Assembly (NCBI GenBank): GCA_016181765.1
Contig: JACOYR010000006.1
Location: forward strand, 31,664 to 95,663
DNA: 64,000 nucleotides
Source: Parcubacteria group bacterium
Lineage (GTDB): Bacteria > Patescibacteriota > Patescibacteriia > UBA2169
Direction: 5' to 3'
This document shows, one piece after another, positions 47,457 to 55,417 of this stretch. The notes under the pieces are model-generated. The model did not search any database, was not told the origin of the DNA, and worked only from the letters and a program-made list of their open reading frames with translations. Within the stretch, counting starts at the first letter, position 1. Each line of letters opens with the position of its first letter. The position numbers were made by a program, and so were the translations under genes.

Positions 47457-47798
47457 ATGCTCGCAGCCAGCAACCGCCTTGCCAAACGGTCCGACATTCT
47501 CGCCGTGCACAAACGCGGCAGGTCTTTTTTTGTCGGGAACCTCGGTGTGCGGCTCGCAAAGAACAGCCTCAAGGTTTCGCGCTTCACCATCATCACGTCC
47601 TTAAAAATTTCCAAGCGGTCCACGGAGCGCAACAAGCTCAAGCGCCGCTTGAGGGAAATCCTCCGCAGGGAAATCATGCCCAGGGTTGCCCCGGGTTTTG
47701 ACGGTATTATCCTCACTAGAAAACCGCTCCTGGAAATGGCATTCGCTGAACTGCGGACGCTCACCATCAGCCTGTTCAAAAAAACACGCCTCATATGA
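47457..47798 (+). CDS. rnpA: RNase P protein component
   Basis: LAKRSDILAVHKRGRSFFVGNLGV...KLKRRLREILRRE; conserved rpmH-rnpA order. Confidence 0.8.
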   Translation: MLAASNRLAKRSDILAVHKRGRSFFVGNLGVRLAKNSLKVSRFTIITSLKISKRSTERNKLKRRLREILRREIMPRVAPGFDGIILTRKPLLEMAFAELRTLTISLFKKTRLI

Positions 47799-48028
47799 AA
47801 CGCCTGGCGCTCGCGCTCATCAAGCTCTACCAAAAGACGCTCTCCCCGGACCACGGGCTCGTACAGGGATTTTTCCCGCATGGCGCGTGCAAGTACCGCC
47901 CCACGTGTTCAGAATACGCATATGACGCAATCCAATCATTTGGTATACTGAAGGGGTCTGCTGTGGGGGCAAAACGAATTGTGCGCTGCCACCCCTGGGC
48001 GCAAGGCGGCTATGATCCAGTACAATAA
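47795..48028 (+). CDS. yidD: membrane protein insertion efficiency factor YidD
   Basis: LIKLYQKTLSP...CKYRPTCSEYAYDAIQSFG...GAKRIVRCHPW. Confidence 0.8.
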   Translation: MKRLALALIKLYQKTLSPDHGLVQGFFPHGACKYRPTCSEYAYDAIQSFGILKGSAVGAKRIVRCHPWAQGGYDPVQ

Positions 48029-48031
48029 CCT

Positions 48032-48763
48032 ATGAATCCGTTTGTCATCCTGTTCTACCAACCGATTTTGAACCTCCTGGTCTGGCTGCACAACATTATT
48101 CCGGGCGATGATTTCGGGTGGGCAATCATCGGCCTCACGGTGCTCATAAAAATCATCTTGTTGCCGCTGTCCGCAAAATCCCTGCGCTCGCAAAAATCCC
48201 TGCAGGAGCTCCAGCCCAAAGTTGATGAGCTGCGAAAAAAATACAAAGACGACCGGGAACGCCAGGGCCGGGAGCTCATGGAGCTCTACCGGAAGGAAAA
48301 AGTGAGCCCATTCTCCTCGTGCCTGCCGCTCCTGGTCCAACTGCCGTTCTTGCTCGCCATCTTCCAGGTCCTGCGGGATGAGGTTGCAACCGGCAACCTT
48401 GACCTGCTCTACTCCTTTGTCGCTATTCCCGAAACAATCAACACCGTGTTCCTGGGAATCGTAAACCTAGAATCGCCGAGCATCATAATCGCGCTCGCGG
48501 CCGGCGCACTGCAGTTCTGGCAGACCCGGATGCTCGTGCACAAGCGCCAGCCCTTGGTTCCGGGGGCAGCGGACGAAAGTATGACCAGCATGATGAACAA
48601 GCAGATGATGTACATTGCCCCGGTCATCACAGTCGTCTTCGGCGCAACCCTGCCCGGAGGCTTGACGCTGTACTGGGCCGTTAACACGCTCACCACGCTC
48701 ATCCAGCAGATTGCGGTCTTCCGCAAGCACGCGGGCGCTGTACCCGCGGCACGCGCGGCATAA
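48032..48763 (+). CDS. yidC: membrane protein insertase YidC (short form)
   Basis: YidC/Oxa1 core helices; position after rnpA-yidD. Confidence 0.85.
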   Translation: MNPFVILFYQPILNLLVWLHNIIPGDDFGWAIIGLTVLIKIILLPLSAKSLRSQKSLQELQPKVDELRKKYKDDRERQGRELMELYRKEKVSPFSSCLPLLVQLPFLLAIFQVLRDEVATGNLDLLYSFVAIPETINTVFLGIVNLESPSIIIALAAGALQFWQTRMLVHKRQPLVPGAADESMTSMMNKQMMYIAPVITVVFGATLPGGLTLYWAVNTLTTLIQQIAVFRKHAGAVPAARAA

Positions 48764-48767
48764 CCAT

Positions 48768-49097
48768 ATGCTTATTGATATCAAAGGCATTTTAGGCCTT
48801 CCGGTTGAAACACAAAGTGGCACGCACCTCGGCAAAGTGGAGGCAGTGGTTGTTGAAATTGAAACACAGGCCCTCTACCAGTACCAAGTTAAGCCTGCGG
48901 GCATATCGCACTTATTTGATACGGCGGGACTCCTCATCCACCGCGACCAAGTGATCTCTATCACCAAGGAAAAAATGGTGGTGGAAGACAGCGTCAGAGC
49001 GGCCGTGCAAGCCAGCGAAGCGCTTGCAAAAAATAAGCCACAGCTTGGGGCTGTGGAAGCCATCACGCGACACAGAGCGGAGGGTAGCGTGCGCTAG
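48768..49097 (+). CDS. PRC-barrel-like small protein
   Basis: IKGILGLPVETQSGTHLGKVEAVVVEIET pattern. Confidence 0.4.
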   Translation: MLIDIKGILGLPVETQSGTHLGKVEAVVVEIETQALYQYQVKPAGISHLFDTAGLLIHRDQVISITKEKMVVEDSVRAAVQASEALAKNKPQLGAVEAITRHRAEGSVR

Positions 49098-49873
49098 GAA
49101 TGCACGATCGCGGTGAGTCCGCGGGCTTTGACCTCCACCTCAATGGGGCTCGTGAGCTGTTTTTCGGTGTCCGCGAAAATAGATACGGTCTTGGATGTTC
49201 CTCTTATGGTAATTTTTTTTATGGGGAAAAAACTTTCAGGCACATACTTGGTGTTGGGCTCCCTCCCCCGGATCCGGTCCCAAAACGAGTACCGCGGACG
49301 GTACGCGATCACCGCCTCCAGCACCCCGTCATCTGGGGTGATTTTTTTTGGGCCGGCCGCGCTGCGGTAAATATCCGCATTGCACACGCTGATGTGGTGA
49401 TCCTGGTGCAGGGAGCTCACAGAGTATGATTTGAACCGCAGCGCGCTCTGCTTGGGGAACACGGCGGCAGTTACAAAGTAGTGGCGCTGGTTCAAAACAC
49501 CCAAGTCAAACGCGTGCGTCCGGTGCCCGGCGAGCGCATCCACTGCCTCTGGTATGCTGTTAATGCCAAAAAGGCGGGCGATTTCATTGGATCCGGCAAG
49601 CGGCACTGCGCAAAACTCAAAAGAAAAGGGTTCTTTGGACTGCAGGATGAGCGCGTGGTTTAAAATTCTGCTCGCGGTCGCATCATCCCCCACTGCCACA
49701 AACGTCTTAATGCCGCTCCCCAGACACTCCCTAATGTCCGAGGTTATGTTTGAGAGGCGCGAAAGCCGGACCTTGCGGCCCGAAATGCCCTGCTGGGTGG
49801 AGAGTAAATCAAGCCTGTCTAAGAGCCTGTGGTGCGAATTACTTGCCCAGTCATCAATAAAATACGCATACAT
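49094..49873 (-). CDS. diacylglycerol/lipid kinase catalytic-domain protein (YegS/DagK-like)
   Basis: KTFVAVGDDATASRILNHAL DAGK_cat-like motif. Confidence 0.55.
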   Translation of the reverse strand: MYAYFIDDWASNSHHRLLDRLDLLSTQQGISGRKVRLSRLSNITSDIRECLGSGIKTFVAVGDDATASRILNHALILQSKEPFSFEFCAVPLAGSNEIARLFGINSIPEAVDALAGHRTHAFDLGVLNQRHYFVTAAVFPKQSALRFKSYSVSSLHQDHHISVCNADIYRSAAGPKKITPDDGVLEAVIAYRPRYSFWDRIRGREPNTKYVPESFFPIKKITIRGTSKTVSIFADTEKQLTSPIEVEVKARGLTAIVHS

Positions 49874-49879
49874 AACACG

Positions 49880-50317
49880 TTATGTTTCTTTTTTTGGTTT
49901 TTGGACCGGGGCAGGTTCATTCTCCCCTGCCTCAACCTCGGTCGCGGACACCGAACAATGGCCGTGCAGCACTGCGCCGGGCTCAATGGAGAGTATTTTG
50001 GTAATGATGTCTCCGGTAATTTTTGCGGATCCGCCGAGCTCAAGGCTGTCTTTGACGGTCACATTTCCGGCAATTTCTCCGCGCACAATTGCGCTCGCAG
50101 ACTCCACATTTGCTTTAATCTTAGCCCCTTCTTCCACTTTTAGGTTGCCTTTGGTCTTGAGGCTCCCATTCACAATCCCCTGCACCAGCACATCCCCGTC
50201 GCTCTTAAAATCTCCCTCAACTTTAACGCTCGGCCCAATAATGGTCTCCACCTCCCCCTCTTTCATTTCAAAGCTTTTTTGTTTTTCTCCCTTGTCGCGT
50301 CCGTTAAACATTGCCAT
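49880..50317 (-). CDS. bactofilin
   Basis: Beta-helical repeat pattern ...IIGPSVKVEGDFKSDGDVLVQGIVNGSLKTKGNLKVEEGAKIKANVESASAIVRGEIAGNVTV. Confidence 0.75.
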   Translation of the reverse strand: MAMFNGRDKGEKQKSFEMKEGEVETIIGPSVKVEGDFKSDGDVLVQGIVNGSLKTKGNLKVEEGAKIKANVESASAIVRGEIAGNVTVKDSLELGGSAKITGDIITKILSIEPGAVLHGHCSVSATEVEAGENEPAPVQKPKKET

Positions 50318-50451
50318 AATAGTGCCCCTTTTAATGATTATAGGTTCCTATAGTATACTAAAATGGGCATGCATTGTAAAAATAACGCTATTACGGTATA
50401 ATTCGCCTATATTTTGCTCGGATGCGGAACCCCAAACCCCAACTCTGACGC

Positions 50452-50528
50452 GGGCCCTTAGCTCAGCTGGCTAGAGCGCTTCCATGGCATGGAAGAGGCC
50501 ACCGGTTCAAATCCGGTAGGGTCCACCA
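50452..50528 (+). tRNA. tRNA-Ala (anticodon GGC)
   Basis: G3:U70 pair present; anticodon stem cttcc/ggaag, loop atggcat; CCA encoded; preceded by aactctgacgc. Confidence 0.85.
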
Positions 50529-50609
50529 TAATTTGTCAAAATTGTCAACTTTTTCATGATGGGTTGAACAAAATTTACATGGGTTGAACAAAAATTATGA
50601 ATCTGACGC

Positions 50610-50685
50610 GTCCTTATAGCTCAATTGGATAGAGCAGTGGCGTCCTAAGCCATTGATCCAGGTTCAAGTCCTGGTAAGGACACCA
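50610..50685 (+). tRNA. tRNA-Arg (anticodon CCT)
   Basis: Acceptor gtcctta/taaggac, anticodon loop gtcctaa, T-arm ccagg-ttcaagt-cctgg; preceded by aatctgacgc. Confidence 0.8.
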
Positions 50686-50731
50686 GACAAATTGTTCAGT
50701 GTTAAACTTTAAAAATACCTCTTTCTTACAA

Positions 50732-50847
50732 ATTTTCTCTTGGGCTCACCGCAGGCGAGTTAAGAGAAAATTTGAGAGGAGTAGGCGTGCGGAGGGTGTA
50801 GTCAGTGCTGTAAGGCACAGAAGAAACCCGCAGCGCGACTACGACGA
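50732..50847 (+). ncRNA. candidate structured RNA element (copy B) immediately 5' of tRNA-Ala(CGC)
   Basis: attttctc-ttgggctcaccgcaggcgagttaa-gagaaaat-ttgagaggagtaggcg...gcgactacgacga then tRNA. Confidence 0.45.
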
Positions 50848-50923
50848 GGGCCTGTAGCTCAGTTGGTAGAGCGCCACATTCGCATTGTGGAGGCCAGGAG
50901 TTCAAATCTCCTCAGGTCCACCA
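50848..50923 (+). tRNA. tRNA-Ala (anticodon CGC)
   Basis: G3:U70 pair; anticodon stem ccaca/tgtgg, loop ttcgcat; CCA encoded. Confidence 0.85.
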
Positions 50924-51318
50924 GACAAGTATTGTTTAAAAAATCCTGACAACATTTGTTGTTAATAGTATGTATTTGAGTTATTCACATGTCCTGTGGA
51001 TTTCCTGTGAGAAAGGCTAATATTAGCCAAATTAAATCTATGTGAATAACTTATCACTTATTTGTTTATTTATTGTGCATATACGCTTATCATCACTTGT
51101 CAGGAAAAATCCTGACAATTTTTATACACACATACTCAATAAGATGCGAATAAATAAATAAGAGTTATTAGTGTTATATTTTTATAAATAAACACTAGTG
51201 TTAGCCTTAAATTTTACTTATTCACCTATTCCACAGTATTATAGTTATTAATATTAGACAGTATTCTAAAATGAACATATAATAAATCATGCTTTGTCTT
51301 TAAATAAACACTTAAAAT
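50924..51318. promoter_or_regulatory. about 400-bp AT-rich (about 28% GC) non-coding region with multiple direct and inverted repeats upstream of trxA
   Basis: aaaatcctgacaa twice; palindrome ggctaatattagcc at about 51013 and again at about 51640 between trxA and trxB; inverted gagttattcaca/tgtgaataactt. Confidence 0.4.
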
Positions 51319-51642
51319 ATGCCAGCGCTAGAACTTACGGACCAAAATTTTAATCAAGAGGTTGAGCAAGTTAAGGGAGTGGTCCTTGTAGATTTTTGGG
51401 CGCCGTGGTGCGGGCCGTGCAAAATCCAGGGCCCCATAATTGATGAAATTGCGGATCAGGCCAAAGATGTAAAAATAACAAAACTCAATGTAGATGAAAA
51501 CCAGGAGTCCGGGTCAAAATATGGAGTTATGAGTATTCCAACAATCATTATATTCAAAGACGGCAAACCAATAGAAATATTAGTTGGGTTACATAAAAAA
51601 GACGATATACAGGCAAAGATTGATATAGTAAAAAATAGCTAA
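51319..51642 (+). CDS. trxA: thioredoxin
   Basis: WCGPCK active site. Confidence 0.85.
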   Translation: MPALELTDQNFNQEVEQVKGVVLVDFWAPWCGPCKIQGPIIDEIADQAKDVKITKLNVDENQESGSKYGVMSIPTIIIFKDGKPIEILVGLHKKDDIQAKIDIVKNS

Positions 51643-51660
51643 TATTAGCCAAAATGTAGT

Positions 51661-52587
51661 ATGGCTAATATATCAAAACTCATTATTATTGGTTCGGGAA
51701 ACGCGGGATATACTGCAGCGATTTATGCTTCACGCGCCCAGCTTAAGCCGATTTTGTTTACCGGGTTTGAGCCGGGCGGCCAGCTCTCACTCACCACTGA
51801 TGTGGAAAACTTCCCCGGGTTCCCAGAAGGCATTCAGGGGCCGGAACTAGTTCAAAGGATGCGCAAACAAGCAGAGCGGTTTAGCACTAACATTATTGAT
51901 AAGGCGGTTGATGGGGTTGATTTTAAGAGCCGCCCGTTTTCGGCGTGGGCTGGGGAAGACCAGTACCAATCAGACGCAGTGATTATTGCAACCGGAGCCT
52001 CGGCCAAGTGGCTCGGCCTTCCTTCGGAGCAGCGTTTGCGCGGCAAGGGCGTATCAAGCTGCGCCACGTGCGATGGGTTTTTCTTTAGGGGCAAGGACGT
52101 GGTGGTGGTCGGCGGCGGCGATGTATCTTTGCAGGATAGTATATTTCTCACTAAGTTTGTTGCGGGCATCACAGTGCTGGTGCGCAAAGACTCATTCCGC
52201 GCGAGCACGTACATGAAGGAAAAAGCAGAGAAAAATCCGAAGATAAAATTTTTAATGAATACCGAAGTTGTTGAGGTGCTTGGAGAAAATTCCGTGTCCG
52301 GCGTGAAAGTTAAAAATAACAAGACCAACGAGGAGTCGGAGATCCTATGCCAGGGCGTGTTTGTGGCAATCGGCCACGCGCCGAACACTGATATTTTTAA
52401 GGGCCAGCTTGAGCTTGATATAAAAGGCTATGTGGTGCTCAAAAACGGCATGATGACGAGCGTCCCGGGCGTGTTTGCGGCAGGAGACGTGCATGACCAC
52501 GAATACCGCCAGGCAATAACCGCGGCAGGGGCGGGCTGCGCCGCTGAAATAGACGCAGAGCGCTGGTTGGAAAAACAAGAACCATAA
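51661..52587 (+). CDS. trxB: thioredoxin-disulfide reductase
   Basis: CATCDG redox-active disulfide, FAD/NAD Rossmann motifs GSGNAGYTAAIYA and VVGGGD. Confidence 0.85.
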   Translation: MANISKLIIIGSGNAGYTAAIYASRAQLKPILFTGFEPGGQLSLTTDVENFPGFPEGIQGPELVQRMRKQAERFSTNIIDKAVDGVDFKSRPFSAWAGEDQYQSDAVIIATGASAKWLGLPSEQRLRGKGVSSCATCDGFFFRGKDVVVVGGGDVSLQDSIFLTKFVAGITVLVRKDSFRASTYMKEKAEKNPKIKFLMNTEVVEVLGENSVSGVKVKNNKTNEESEILCQGVFVAIGHAPNTDIFKGQLELDIKGYVVLKNGMMTSVPGVFAAGDVHDHEYRQAITAAGAGCAAEIDAERWLEKQEP

Positions 52588-52602
52588 TAAGAAAACCGCC
52601 CT

Positions 52603-53823
52603 ATGTCCGCATTTGAGAACGCAATGCAGCAGCTGGATGCTGCCGCACAAAAACTTAACCTTGGCCCGGGCGCGGTTGCAAAGCTCAAAGAGCCGAACCA
52701 CATCCACGAGTTTGACATTCCCGTGATGCTGGACAGCGGTTCAGAGAAAAAATTCAAAGGCTATCGCGTGCAGTTCAATAACAGCCGCGGCCCGTACAAG
52801 GGCGGCATCCGTTTCCATCCGCAGGTTGATGTTGACGAGGTGAAGGCCCTGGCGTTCTGGATGGCAATCAAAACCGCGGTCGTAAACATTCCCATGGGAG
52901 GCGGCAAGGGAGGGGTTTCGGTCAACCCCAAAGAGCTATCAAGCGCCGAACTGGAGCGGCTTTCGCGCGCGTGGGTTGCGCACATGGCTCCGCACATTGG
53001 CCCGCACCAGGACGTGCCCGCCCCGGACGTAAACACCAATCCGCAGATTATGGATTGGATGGCAGATGAGTACGAAAAAATTACCGGCGAGAAAACACGC
53101 GCGACATTTACCGGAAAATCACTTGAGGCTGGCGGAAGCGAGGGCCGGGGCACCGCAACCGGCCAGGGTGCTTTTTACGTGCTGGGGGAGCTTATGGCTG
53201 CCCTGGGCATGGAGCTAGCCGGAAAGCGGGTTGTGGTTCAGGGGTTTGGGAATGCGGGCTACCACTTTAGCCAGCTCGCCTCTGCCGCGGGCTGCCGCAT
53301 TGTCGGGGTTTCTGATTCCAAGGGCGGCATCTATAATCCGGATGGCTTGCACATTGAAGCAATCATGAAAACAAAAGAAGAGCGGGGTTCGGTGGTTGCG
53401 AGCGATGCCGGAACCAGCGTTTCAAACCGCGAGCTTTTGGAGCTTGCGTGCGACATCCTGGTGCCTGCTGCCCTTGAAAACCAGATCACCAAAGAGAACG
53501 CAGGCAGGATCCAGGCTAAGGTGGTTCTTGAAATCGCGAACGGCCCCACCACTCCGGAAGCGGACGCGATCCTGTGGGCAAAAAAAACCTACGTGGTCCC
53601 GGACGTGCTTGCAAACGCGGGCGGAGTCACGGTGAGCTACTTTGAGTGGGACCAAAACCTCAAGGGCGAACACTGGAGCGAGAAGGAAGTGTTCGCCAAA
53701 CTTGAGTCAGTGATGAAAGATGCATTCAGGGCAGTGTGGGACGCGCACAAGGAACACAATGTTGATCTGCGCACAGCCGCGTTCATGGTTGCGGTCCGCC
53801 GGATCATTGAGGCGATGCAATAG
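52603..53823 (+). CDS. gdhA: glutamate dehydrogenase (Glu/Leu/Phe/Val dehydrogenase family)
   Basis: KGGIRFHP and GGGKGG motifs; NAD-binding GFGNAG. Confidence 0.85.
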   Translation: MSAFENAMQQLDAAAQKLNLGPGAVAKLKEPNHIHEFDIPVMLDSGSEKKFKGYRVQFNNSRGPYKGGIRFHPQVDVDEVKALAFWMAIKTAVVNIPMGGGKGGVSVNPKELSSAELERLSRAWVAHMAPHIGPHQDVPAPDVNTNPQIMDWMADEYEKITGEKTRATFTGKSLEAGGSEGRGTATGQGAFYVLGELMAALGMELAGKRVVVQGFGNAGYHFSQLASAAGCRIVGVSDSKGGIYNPDGLHIEAIMKTKEERGSVVASDAGTSVSNRELLELACDILVPAALENQITKENAGRIQAKVVLEIANGPTTPEADAILWAKKTYVVPDVLANAGGVTVSYFEWDQNLKGEHWSEKEVFAKLESVMKDAFRAVWDAHKEHNVDLRTAAFMVAVRRIIEAMQ

Positions 53824-53892
53824 CGCCGGTATGCGCGGGATGATTCGTTGTTCTCTGTTTTTTGGCGTTCATTTGTTGTATACTAAATGCGT

Positions 53893-54438
53893 ATGCCAAA
53901 CCAGGATGCGTCATTCTTGAATCCAGACAGCATAGTGAGCCAGCTCAAGCTTGCTCCCGGCTCCCAGGTCGGCGATTTGGGCTGCGGAACCGGCTACATG
54001 TCATTTGCCGCGTCCCGCGCCGTGGGTGCAAAGGGCAGGGTGTATGCGGTTGACGTGCAAAAGGCGGTTCTTGAACAAGTAAAGAAAGAGGTGCGGGTTG
54101 AGGGCATTTCCAATATCACCGCCATTTGGTCAGACCTGGAAGTGCCCGGGGCAACCCAGATTGCGGCCGCATCCCTTGACGCGGTGCTCCTGGTGAATAT
54201 ACTGTTTTTAGTGAAAGACAAGGCCGCGGTGTTTAAGGAAGCGAAACGCCTGCTTAAAAAAGAAGGCACTCTGCTCGTGGTTGACTGGCTGCCTGGCGCA
54301 ACCGGCATTGGCCCTGCCCCGGATGCGCGCGTGGGCGCGGATCAGGCGCTGCAGCTTGCCCAAAGCGCGGGGTTTGAAAAACAGGCGGATATAGACGCAG
54401 GAAAATTTCACTACGGAATAGTATGTAAACAACAATGA
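53893..54438 (+). CDS. class I SAM-dependent methyltransferase
   Basis: Motif I VGDLGCGTGYMSF; TGTTGTATACT box at 53877-53886 implies leaderless start. Confidence 0.7.
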   Translation: MPNQDASFLNPDSIVSQLKLAPGSQVGDLGCGTGYMSFAASRAVGAKGRVYAVDVQKAVLEQVKKEVRVEGISNITAIWSDLEVPGATQIAAASLDAVLLVNILFLVKDKAAVFKEAKRLLKKEGTLLVVDWLPGATGIGPAPDARVGADQALQLAQSAGFEKQADIDAGKFHYGIVCKQQ

Positions 54439-54839
54439 GCATAGACATTCTACTTCATCTCCTTTCCCCGGCATATTTGTTCAACAAGAATCACGGGCCA
54501 TTCACTTCAAACCTCGCGGACGTGTTTTTGTGGTTCAATATCGGGCTCTTGGCGCTTGCCGTCCTGGTTAAAATTTTATCTAAAAAAGGTGATATTTTCG
54601 CCAAAAAAGCAGCATCAAAGTTCAATTCCCTTGCCTGGACCATGGGGCTTATCGGCATTATTTTGTACGGATTCAGACAGATAAATGTGCTGTATCTGTC
54701 TGCCCCTGTTTTTATCCTGATCTGGGGGATTATAGCGGTAATTTGGCTAACCTTGGCGCTTAATTATAGGTTCAATACTGTTCCTATGCGGAGAAAACAG
54801 GTTAGCCGTGAATCAAACAAGCGGGACTATTTTGAGTAA
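54435..54839 (+). CDS. hypothetical membrane protein
   Basis: 3-4 hydrophobic helices. Confidence 0.4.
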   Translation: MSIDILLHLLSPAYLFNKNHGPFTSNLADVFLWFNIGLLALAVLVKILSKKGDIFAKKAASKFNSLAWTMGLIGIILYGFRQINVLYLSAPVFILIWGIIAVIWLTLALNYRFNTVPMRRKQVSRESNKRDYFE

Positions 54840-55210
54840 TGGGCTCCCCAACTCAAAACCTCGGATCGCGCGGGGAAGACATTGCTGCTTGGTATTTGGT
54901 CAAGGCAGGATTTCGGATACTCGCGAGGCGCTTCCAGAACAGGTTCGGCGAGATTGATCTTATTGCCGAGGAAGCTGGGCAGACCGTGTTCGTGGAAGTG
55001 AGGGTGCGTTTAAAAAGTATGCGCGGCTTGCCGGAGCAGACTATTAACTCCGAAAAACAAAAAAAACTCCAAAAGATTATTTCCGCTTACATTAGCCTAA
55101 AAGAAATTGAAGATTTCAGGGTTGATGTGGTGACAATCAGCCCCGGATCAACGCCAAAGACCTTGAATATCAGGCACCACAGGGCGCAGTGCGAGGCGCT
55201 GGATTTTTAA
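54839..55210 (+). CDS. yraN: YraN family endonuclease (UPF0102)
   Basis: GEDIAAWYLVKAGFRILARRFQNRFGEIDLIAEE...VFVEVRVR. Confidence 0.7.
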   Translation: MGSPTQNLGSRGEDIAAWYLVKAGFRILARRFQNRFGEIDLIAEEAGQTVFVEVRVRLKSMRGLPEQTINSEKQKKLQKIISAYISLKEIEDFRVDVVTISPGSTPKTLNIRHHRAQCEALDF

Positions 55211-55417
55211 GGGGACTTTTCCATAGGCTATACACAGAATTACCCACACCCCTTGTTTTAGGATATTTTTTTGATGTTTTGTTTTTTGGTTTTTTGCGCT
55301 ACAATATACTTAAGTTCATTCAATCGGCCATAGCTTGTACGCAGGAGGCAAGCAGCCTAGACCTCATTTCTCTTCATCAATCAGAAACAGGAAGAGGCAT
55401 GAGCATTCGGCCACACT

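Noticed and set aside
55381-55417. ATG at 55399 with strong ggaagagg SD as start of the surface protein
   Set aside because: That ATG is in a different frame giving an 89-aa product without features. The 555-aa signal-peptide protein is in the 55418 frame; SD assignment remains uncertain
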